A DNA stretch of 64,000 bases, taken from assembly GCA_964474885.1 (NCBI GenBank), contig CAYYWO010000004.1, forward strand, positions 1 through 64,000. The letters run 5' to 3'. Under the pieces are notes generated by a model. That model saw nothing but the letters and a program-made list of their open reading frames with translations. It did no database searches and was not told the origin of the DNA. This document shows, one piece after another, positions 24,554-33,800 of the stretch (within the stretch, counting starts at the first letter, position 1; each line of letters opens with the position of its first letter). A program made the translations under genes and the position numbers. This DNA is from Candidatus Hadarchaeota archaeon. Its GTDB lineage: Archaea > Hadarchaeota > Hadarchaeia > Hadarchaeales > JAWBSP01.

Positions 24554-25016
24554 GGTCTAGCCACGAGCCACAACGCGTGCACTGCCTGGCATCGGGCGGA
24601 TTCTCTTGTCCACAGTACGGGCACCTGATCAATCGGGTCTCCGGCTGAGGAGAGGCTTTTTTGGATTTGGGAAGCTTTGCCTTTACGTACCCCAAGCACC
24701 TCGTGAGCTTGGGGAGTCCAGTCCTCACATACCCCCAATACCTGTAGACCACGAGCAGGCCTCCCCTCAGGAACGCTGCAAAACCCAAAACTCCAGACGA
24801 GATGAGGAGGAGCCCCAGGAAGGGCCGCCAGAGCAAGCCCAGGTATTTCGCCAGAAAGAAGCCCACGAATATCAGCGCGATCAGCCCCAGGCCAAAGCTG
24901 GCCCCCAGCCTCTCCCAAAAGTCCAAGTCCTCAGGCCTGGGGAACAGGACGAGCGAGAAGAGGAAACCAGGTGCTAAAATGATCAGCAGGCCTACGAGGA
25001 GCATCAGGACGTCCAT
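24537..25016 (-). CDS. DUF1616-like membrane protein with C-terminal zinc ribbon
   Basis: PGF....LFP...LDFWERLGASFGL, three TM segments, CPYCG..NPPDARQCTRCG. Confidence 0.7.
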   Translation of the reverse strand: MDVLMLLVGLLIILAPGFLFSLVLFPRPEDLDFWERLGASFGLGLIALIFVGFFLAKYLGLLWRPFLGLLLISSGVLGFAAFLRGGLLVVYRYWGYVRTGLPKLTRCLGYVKAKLPKSKKASPQPETRLIRCPYCGQENPPDARQCTRCGSWLDHEVQV

Positions 25017-25189
25017 TGTAAACGGGGAGCCAACTTATGAATAGTGAACGGTTTACAATCTTGGAACGGATGACACCAGGAGGTCAGGGTGCCACAGGAC
25101 CTAGAGGATGCCAATTCAGGCTCACGTAACACTTCTCTTGGTTCCTCCGTTTCTCTCGCTCTGGTTCCTCGCTGTCAGCAACAGAGGTC

Positions 25190-25247
25190 AAACTGTTTAT
25201 AACAGATAAACAGTTCGTGTGAAGTGTTGATAACGGATGAACACTTC
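25190..25247. repeat. paired 27-bp palindrome element, copy 3
   Basis: AAACTGTTTAT-AACAG-ATAAACAGTTC gtgt GAAGTGTTGAT-AACGG-ATGAACACTTC. Confidence 0.9.
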
Positions 25248-25329
25248 GCGAAATTTGTCGTGTTGAAGAGTTCAAACGAACCGTATCTAATCTTCGGAAC
25301 TCCTCTTCGGCCACGCAGGGGTACTGCAC

Positions 25330-25899
25330 CTAGCGTAGCTTTGCGCCTTTGCGAGCCAGCGTGTGTTTCAACACTTCCCGAACGGTTCCAGCGGGGGCGA
25401 GTTTTTTAGCCAGAGCAAAGGCGAAGGCCATGGCGGTCCCCGGACCTTGACTGGTTATTATGTTCTTGTCCACCACGACTATTGCCTTCTTTGGCTTCCC
25501 CCCACCCCTCCGCAGCTCCTTCTCCAGCCCCGGGTAGATGGTGCAGCTCTTTCCCCTGAGCACACCTGCTTCCGACAGAGCGGCCGGACCCCCGCAGATC
25601 GCCCCGATCAGCTTTCCTTGCTGATTCGCTTCCTGCAGGAGCTTCAGGACTCTCTGATCCTTCTTCAGGTTCTCCCAGCCTGGGGAGCCGCCGGGGCATA
25701 TGAACGCGTCGAATTCCTCCACCCGGACCTCCTCTACTGGGACATCTGCCTCCACCTTGACACCGTGGGAGCTCTCGATCGGTCCGCGCTGCAGTCCGGC
25801 AGTTGTCACCTCAACCCCGCACCTCCTCAAGATATCAATGACCGTCATCGTCTCTATCTCCTCGAAGCCTGGTGCCAGAAAGACCACCGCGCGAGCCAT
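25330..25899 (-). CDS. DJ-1/PfpI family protein
   Basis: GFEEIE, CPGG, GAICGGP nucleophile elbow, ITSQGPG. Confidence 0.93.
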   Translation of the reverse strand: MARAVVFLAPGFEEIETMTVIDILRRCGVEVTTAGLQRGPIESSHGVKVEADVPVEEVRVEEFDAFICPGGSPGWENLKKDQRVLKLLQEANQQGKLIGAICGGPAALSEAGVLRGKSCTIYPGLEKELRRGGGKPKKAIVVVDKNIITSQGPGTAMAFAFALAKKLAPAGTVREVLKHTLARKGAKLR

Positions 25900-25957
25900 C
25901 TAACTACTTGTTTGGTTTAAATTTGTCATCGTTTTCAACTCGCTCTCCACAGCTCTG

Positions 25958-26530
25958 ATGATAACCGAGATCGGCAGGATCTTCCTGTCAATGCTCGTGA
26001 TAATGGACCCCTTCGGAAGCATACCCATCTTCCTGAATGCCATCCGGCGGAGCCAAGAGACCGTACCCCGGGCCTCACGCTACTCCGTGGGCGTCGCGGC
26101 CGGGGTTCTTTACTTCTTCCTCTTCTTAGGTAAGCCCTTCATGGAGCTCTTCGACATCGAGTTCTACTCCTTCGCGATCGGAGGGGGCATGGTGCTTGCC
26201 ATACTCGCCCTTGAGCTCATCCTGGGGAAGGAGTTCGGGAGGACCCAAACGGGTGCCCCCCTGGCCCTCGTCGGCAGCCCCATCCTCACGGGGCCTGGCA
26301 CCATCTTCATGACTATTTACTTCGTGGAGATGTACGGCTACTTCGCCACCTTTGTCGGATCGGCACTTTCCCTGGCCTGCTGCTGGGTCATCCTCTCCCT
26401 CTCGGCCCAGATCAACGAGAAGCTTGGGCAGCAGGCGCTTGAGATAATTTCCAGGATCATGGGGCTGTGCCTGATCACCATCGCCACGAACATCGTGATA
26501 GGCGGGATCAGGCAGGCCTTCGCGGGCTGA
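25958..26530 (+). CDS. MarC family membrane protein
   Basis: IMDPFGSIPIF, FAIGGGMVL, PILTGPGTI, SRIMGL. Confidence 0.92.
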   Translation: MITEIGRIFLSMLVIMDPFGSIPIFLNAIRRSQETVPRASRYSVGVAAGVLYFFLFLGKPFMELFDIEFYSFAIGGGMVLAILALELILGKEFGRTQTGAPLALVGSPILTGPGTIFMTIYFVEMYGYFATFVGSALSLACCWVILSLSAQINEKLGQQALEIISRIMGLCLITIATNIVIGGIRQAFAG

Positions 26531-27552
26531 TGGGAGAGATAGACTTTCGCTTAGTGTGGTTCGACTCCTTAGGAGCCAAGTCCTCCTGTACCCTCGTCAA
26601 AACACCTGAGGTCAGTATCCTCATCGACCCGGGAGTTGCCATCATGCACCCCAGCTTCCCGGCCCCTCTGGCCAAAAAGGTCTACTGGACCCTCAGAGCG
26701 AAGCGGGAGATAAAGAAGGCCGCGAGGGAGGCTAGCGTCGTAATAATCTCCCACTACCACTACGACCACTTCACGGATTTCGACGCTAGCATTTACCGGA
26801 AGAAACTCATTTTGGCGAAAAACCCGAATGAATACATCAACGACTCGCAGAGGGAGAGAGCCGAGCACTTTTACGGGAACCTCTTCAGGTACTTCGGGAA
26901 GCCGGGAGAACTCCCTGAGACAAGGAGAGAATATCCCGACCCCATGTCCCAGCTACCAAAAGCCTCCCGGAAGGATTTTGGCAACTATTCCAAGAGGCGG
27001 AAGGAGTTGCTGAACCAGGGACTCAAGTGGTTCCGGAAGAGAGTCGAGAAGTGGAGGGGCTACGAGCCTATCCCGGAGGGAAAGATGAAAACCGGCGAGC
27101 TCAGGTGGGCGGAAGGACGGGAGTTCAGGTTCGGTAAAACCAGAGTGAGACTGGTTGGGCCCCTCTTCCACGGGATAGAGTTCTCCAGGGTGGGGTGGGT
27201 CTTCGCGACGGTCATACAGAGGGGTAAGGAAAAGTTCATCCATTCATCCGACCTAAACGGCCCAATAATCGAGGATTACGCGGACTGGATAGCCTCCGAA
27301 AAGCCAGACGTCCTGATCCTGGACGGCCCAATGACTTATATGCTGGGTTACACGCTAGCGCAGACCACGCTCAAGCGCTGTGTGGAGAATGCCCTGCGGA
27401 TTCTCGACTCCGCCGGCCTTATTATATATGACCACCACCTTCCCCGGGAGCCCAAGTTCAGGAAGAGAACAGAGGAGGTTTGGCAAAAGGGTGGGGATCG
27501 GGTGATGACAGCCGCCGAGTTCTTGGGTAAGAAGCCCGTGGTTCTAGGTTGA
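26530..27552 (+). CDS. MBL-fold hydrolase (UPF0282/COG2248)
   Basis: DSLGAKS, LIDPG, ISHYHYDH, HSSD, ILDGP, DHHL.R; ATG overlaps the marC stop. Confidence 0.88.
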   Translation: MGEIDFRLVWFDSLGAKSSCTLVKTPEVSILIDPGVAIMHPSFPAPLAKKVYWTLRAKREIKKAAREASVVIISHYHYDHFTDFDASIYRKKLILAKNPNEYINDSQRERAEHFYGNLFRYFGKPGELPETRREYPDPMSQLPKASRKDFGNYSKRRKELLNQGLKWFRKRVEKWRGYEPIPEGKMKTGELRWAEGREFRFGKTRVRLVGPLFHGIEFSRVGWVFATVIQRGKEKFIHSSDLNGPIIEDYADWIASEKPDVLILDGPMTYMLGYTLAQTTLKRCVENALRILDSAGLIIYDHHLPREPKFRKRTEEVWQKGGDRVMTAAEFLGKKPVVLG

Positions 27553-27802
27553 AAAGTTAACTCGCTTAAAATAGCACACCCTGAGTTCGGGATTGTAAAC
27601 TTTCGGCCCGGGAGTCTCTCAACCTCCTCCGGCCCCCACGTCATCCAGCCTCTGCCCATCCACTGCTGGCGATGACGGGAATGGTTATGCTGCATACACG
27701 GCCGTGAGCAAGTCCATCAAACTCCTCCACATCCCCCGCCTATTAGGCGGAGCTCCTCTTTAAGTGTAAACAAGATGATGCCAGATTTTTCTCCAGTAAA
27801 TT

Positions 27803-27844
27803 AAAATTTTTCGAAGGCCATCGAAAATTTGAGGTATTTAAAAA
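27803..27844 (+). promoter_or_regulatory. putative operator (TTTTCGA-N6-TCGAAAA) and TATA box upstream of the giant surface-protein gene
   Basis: Inverted repeat at 27808-27827 followed by TATTTAAAAA at 27835-27844, about 30 bp before the start. Confidence 0.45.
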
Positions 27845-27870
27845 GCCGATGGTATTGAAGTTACTCACTT

Positions 27871-30800
27871 TTGTCGGTGAGAGGGGGGATAGGTAGGTGG
27901 GCAACGATATTGATAGACCTACTTATTGTTCTATCCTATATGCCCCCCGGAGTCCTCGCGGTTCTGAAGACCCCTCAACTCCTTTCACCTGAAAATGACT
28001 CTTGGGTGAACGACAACACGCCCCTGTTCGACTGGACTGATGTCACAGATGCTACAAGCTACCAGATACTCGTTGACAATGACCCTGACTTCACGTCCCC
28101 TGAGATCAATGATTTTCCGACCACAAGCGAGTACGAACCCACGGTTGAGCTGGAGGAGGGCATCTTCTACTACTGGGAGGTCAGGGCTAGGAATGAGGAC
28201 ACGGGGGACTCCTCCAACTGGTCTGAGGTTTGGTGCTTCAGGGTGGACATAACTCCTCCCCTTGCCCCTTCCCTCATCTCCCCCGACAACTCCGTTACGC
28301 TCTGGGTGGATCAGCCCACTTTCAGCTGGTCGGAGGTCTCCGACCTGAGCGGGATAACTTACAGGCTTGAGATAGATAACGACCCCAACTTCTCCTCCCC
28401 CGCGTACTCCATCCTCCTCACAGTCACCACCCACCAGCTGGAGAACAAACTGGTCGAGAACTTCTCCCCCTACTACTGGAGGGTGACGGCTGTGGACGGT
28501 GCGGGAAACGAAAACTCCTCGGTCGTGTACAAGTTCAACCTGAAAGTTCCCCCTGCCTCCTCGGTGGATCCGATCTCCCCGTACTGGGAGAACTCCGCCT
28601 TCACCGTCACGATGAGCGCCTCCGACAACGACGGGACGGTGGAAAATGTGGAGCTCTGGTACCGGTACTCGAGCGATAACACGAATTGGGGGGACTGGAT
28701 CCTTTACGACAACGACTCCACTCCCCCCCACTCCCTAGTTTTTTCACCGCCCTCCGGTGACGGCTACTACGAGTTCTACTCGAGGGCATGGGACGACAGG
28801 GGGAACTACGAGAATGCTCCAGCCCAAGCGGATGCTAGGTGCGGCTACGATACGGTGGCCCCTCCCGCTCCCGAAAACCTCCTACCGGAAAACAACGCCG
28901 ACTTGGTGACCCCCACCCCGACCCTGGAGTGGTCCAGGGTGAGCGATATGAGCGGTGTCAAGTATGAGGTCTTGGTAGACAACGACAACCTCTTCGAACC
29001 CCCTTGGTCCTACCAAGCGGAAAACCTGGCAGAGAACACGGTTACAACCTCCCCCCTCGCCCCGGGACTTTACTACTGGAAGGTTCGGGCCAGGGACGGA
29101 GCGGGCAACTACGGTGCCTGGTCAGAGGTATACCAGTTCTATGTCAGAGCCTGGAGGCTTTTAGAGGATTTCAATGCTTGCATCCAAACCCTTTCAGGCT
29201 GGAGGCCCACCGAGGCACTTTCCTGCGGTTTATCCTCTCCCGCGAGCTGGATCAGGATCGAGGCACTAGCGGGGGGCATCGCACCCACCTGGTGGAAGCT
29301 GGAAGAAAGCTGCTGCACCACCGAAACACTCGCTGGGTGGAAGTTCGTCGGATCCCTGCAGGCTGGCGTGCGGGCTCTCCTGCCTAGTTGGGTCCGCATC
29401 GAGCAGTGGAGCAACACAGTCAAATCTGTTGGACTCTGGAATCTCCTACACAGCATTAGCTCATCTGTCCACAGCATTCCGGTCGCCTGGAGGTATCTCG
29501 AGGGTTGCAGCTCGGTAACCAGAACCCTGCCCCAGCTTTGGTATTTCTTGGGCTGTTACCAAGGGGGCTGTCGGGCTCCAGCAGGGTGGTTCGGGGTAGA
29601 GGAGTGGCTGTGCCACTTGAACTTCGCGGCACATTGGCTCACCCTCACCCAGCTGTCTGCAAGCCCGTCGGCTCCGGCCAGCTGGCGCCCCACCGACACC
29701 CTCACCTCCTCCACCCAGACCCGTGGTTACTGGCGGTTGCAAGGGGTATGGAGCGCCGGTCTCCCGGCGCCCGTTCCATCTCCCCGGCTCACCTCACCGG
29801 AGAATTCTGCCAACCTGAGCACGAATTCACCGCTCCTGTGCTGGGAGAACCTGCTCCCCGCCGACAATTATCACCTCCAAGTCGACAACGAGCCCAACTT
29901 TGACCAGCCCGAGGTGGATGTCTGGCTCACCGAGAACTCCCACCAGCCAACCCTCCCGGACGGGGTCTACTACTGGAGGGTGATGCAGACGAGGAACTCC
30001 GCTGCGTCGGAATGGTCCTCAGTCTTTAGCTTCAGACTCGATACCGTGCCCCCGCCCAAGCCCACCCTCCTCTTCCCAGCGAACCAAAACATAAACGACA
30101 ACACGCCCCTCTTCCGCTGGACCTCAGTCCCGGAGAATTCCCTGCCCCTTAGCTACTGGATAGAGATCGACAACGAGCCGGCCTTCAATCCGCCAAAGCT
30201 CCTGTCAACTGGCTGGCTCTGGGACAACTACTACCAGCTCACCACCGAGCTGTCAGACGGCGAGTACTACTGGAGGGTAAAAGTGAGGGACAATGCGGGG
30301 AACTTGGGGGACTGGTCGAGCGAGAACTTCAGAGTGGACACCGTGAGGCCTTCCGCACCCGCCCCCATTTCACCCACTTCAAACGCCTGGGCATCCGTAA
30401 CTCCCACCTTCACTTGGCAGAGGGTCAGTGAGAACTCGTTCCCGGTCAAATACCGCGTGTTCGTGTGCGAGGACTCCGGCTTCGATACAAGCGTCTACAA
30501 GGTTTACGTCTCGCCCTGGCTGACGGAAAACGAGTGGACCTCCCCCGTGCTGGTGGAGGGGCTCGGGGTGGAAGGGAAGCTCTTCTACTGGAGGGTATGC
30601 GCCCTAGACAATGCGGGTAACCTCAGCGAGAATTCTCCCATTCAGGTCTTCCGGACCGACAACGTTCCACCCTCAGTTCCAGACATCCTAGCTCCCGAGA
30701 ACTGCGCTTACGTCTCGGAGGTCTTCACTCTGGCATACACGGCATCGGACGGGGGCTCCGGTGTAGCTAGCTACTGGGTCCAGGTCATGGACGAGAACGG

Positions 30801-33800
30801 TGAAATAGTTTACGAGAACCAAGAGGCTGAGAACAGAGTAGTCTTGCGACTCAGTGAGGGCACCTACCAGTGGAGGGTCAGGGCGAGGGACGCGATCGGG
30901 AACCTGAGTGATTGGTCGGCCCTCTACACCTTCACGGTCAGCATCTGGAGATTCATCGAGAGCTGGAGCCTAGCGCTGGGTACCCCGAGGAGATGGCACC
31001 CCATCGAGAGTTTCTCCGCCTCCTCAGAAGGCCGGGTCTCCTGGAGGGAACTAGACACTTGGGTAGCATCCGCCCTCTGCCCGGCCGGATGGGTGCTTTC
31101 AGAGGGAGTTTCCTCGGCTGTGGGCACACGCGCCAGGTACCTCCAGCTGGCCTCATTGACCGCCACCGTTGCGCCGAAGGCGGGATGGGCCTCGGTTGCC
31201 ACATTCTCGAGCTCTCTTTCATCCCCCGGCTCCTGGGAGCTCCTCGATAGCAGGAGCGCGGAGTCCTCTGCACCGAGCTCTTGGGTGCGGGTGGAGCAAA
31301 TGATTTCCTCCCTCGCGTACCCAACCGCCTGGCGGAAGCTGGAGACCTACTCCTGCATCCTGACAAACATGCCTGGCTGGAGATCAGTGGAGGACATCAC
31401 GGTCCTCCTCTGGAGCCCCTCCTTCTTCCGCTTCTTGGACTCGTACTGCGGTAAGCTTGCAGGCCCCGTCCGCTGGTGGGTGCTCTCCGCTCAAACATCC
31501 GGAGCACGGACGGTTGTCGGATGGGCACCCGTTGAGCTCGTGAGTGCGACGTGCAACACCAAGAGGGCATGGACGCTCGTCGGTAGCTATGCTGCACGGA
31601 CCTCTGCTCCGGCTGTATGGAAAGGGCTTGCCAGCCTGAGCGCCGCAATCAGCGCCCCGATTCCCACCCCAACGCTGGTCTCCCCCGCGGACGGGACAAA
31701 CATAAATCCCAATCTTTCCACCCTGACGCTCCGGTGGGAAAACTCCCTGTCGGCAGACAACTTCGATCTCCAGATCGACAACAATGCCGATTTCTCCTCT
31801 CCTGAGGTCTCCGTGACCGTCACCGGCAACAAGTACTCGCCCGCGGATCTCCCGGATAATCTGTACTGGTGGAGGGTCAGGCAGAGGAGGACGGGGAGTG
31901 TCTCAGGCTGGTCCGGAGCCTGGAAATTCAGGGTAGACACCCTTGAGCCCTCGCCTCCCGAACCCCTCAGCCCGATCGAGGGCGAGAACCTGAATGATCC
32001 CATCCCCGTGCTTGAGTGGTCAGAACCGCCCGAAAACTCCCTCCCGCTCACCTACAAGGTGCAGGTCGCCACTTCCAGGTTCTTCGAGTCCGGCACCATC
32101 CTCAGGGAAACTTGGGTCTCGGAGCCGAGGTGGGAGGTCTCCCCCGCCCTGCCGGACAACGTCTACTACTGGAGGGTGCTCGCGAGGGACAACGCGGGGA
32201 ACAACAGCCTGTATTCCGAAGTCAGGAGCTTCAGGGTGGACACCCTGAGCCCGCCCGCTCCAACACTGGTAGAACCGGAGAACGACAGCTGGGCACCCGG
32301 AGACTTCCGCTTCTCTTGGACCTCCATCCCCGAAAACTCCCTGCCCGTGGTCTACAACCTCGTCATCGCCTACGACTCGGACTTCAGCGAAATGGTAGAG
32401 AACGTGTTCCTCCTAGAAAACACTTACTCAACCTCCCTAGCAGAGGGTTCCTACTGGTGGAAAGTCAGGGCGAGGGACAATGCTGGTAATTGGAGTGAGT
32501 GGTCGGATGCCTGGACCTTCACCCTGGACAACACCCCACCCAGCCAGGTCGTCCTGACGAGACCCGAGAACTCCTCCTTCGTCCAGAGCGGACCTGTGAC
32601 CTTCGGCTGGCAATCCGCCTCGGATGAGGGTTCGGGTGTGGGGAGGTACTGGATTCAGATCTGGCGCAACGGTTCCTTAGTGTACGAGAACTGCTCGGTG
32701 CCCGATAATTCGCTCACGGTGGAGGTGCCGACCGGGCTGTACTGGTGGAGGGTGAGGGCGGTGGATGTCGCCGGAAATGCGGGCGGGTGGTCGGAGCCAT
32801 TTGTCTTCACTTCCTCCGACTGGCACCAGCTCGAATCTTGGCAGCTGCCGCTCGTTGCCCCGGCTAGCTGGAAGGGGGACGAGAGCTGGACCGTCTCCGC
32901 TCTCGGAGCTGCCCTCTGGAGAAAGCTCGAAATCTCGTCGGCTCGCACTAGCTCGCCCGGTCGCTGGGAGCTATCTGACAGTTGGGTCACGTCCATGTGC
33001 TCTCCATCGGCTTGGTACAGTCTGGATGGTAGGAGCATCTCCATCGTCTCCCCCGTTGCCTGGAAGAAGCTCGAAAACTGGATTGGCAGCTGCGCGCTCC
33101 CCGCCCTCTGGCACCTAACAGAAATCCTTCCGGCTTCTCTGAAGACAGTTGCCCACTGGCTGGAACTGGAAGCTCAAACTGGAACCTGCCACGGCTTGCT
33201 CGGGAAGTGGAGGCTGATTGATCAACTGCAGGGCACGGTGCTCGCACCAGCGTTTTGGCTGCCTCTCATGTCCATTCAGAGCCAGGCAGGAGCCGTGTCC
33301 AACTGGCAAAAAGTGAGCACGTGGCCGGCAACGATCGGTGGCCCCATCCACCCACCGGTCCTGATCGCCCCTGAAAACACCAACACCAATGACAACACGC
33401 CCACCTTCCAATGGGACAACCTCCAGCCTGTCGACAACTTCGAGTTCATGCTCGACAACGATGCGGACTTCAGCTCGCCTGAGGTCCACCTGACAACCTC
33501 AGACAAGTCCTACACTTCGGGTGAGCTGCCCGACGGGGTTTACTGGTGGAGAGTCAGATGCTGGAGGACTGGTACCGCCGGTGGCTGGTCGGAGGTCAGA
33601 TACTTGAGGGTGGACACCGTCAGTCCCTCCTCCCCCGACCTGCTGAGCCCGTCCGATGGTGAGGACGTCAGCGATTCAACTCCCGTCCTCAGCTGGAGTT
33701 CCCCACCTGAGAACTCCCTGCCCCTCACCTACAACCTCAAGATCTCAACCTCACCTTACTTCGAGCCCGAGAACATCGTGATTGATGTCTGGGTGGAGGA

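Noticed and set aside
27553-27800. Small gene or ncRNA upstream of the giant protein
   Set aside because: No convincing ORF or recognisable RNA motif; only a short hairpin (CCGCCTATTAGGCGG).
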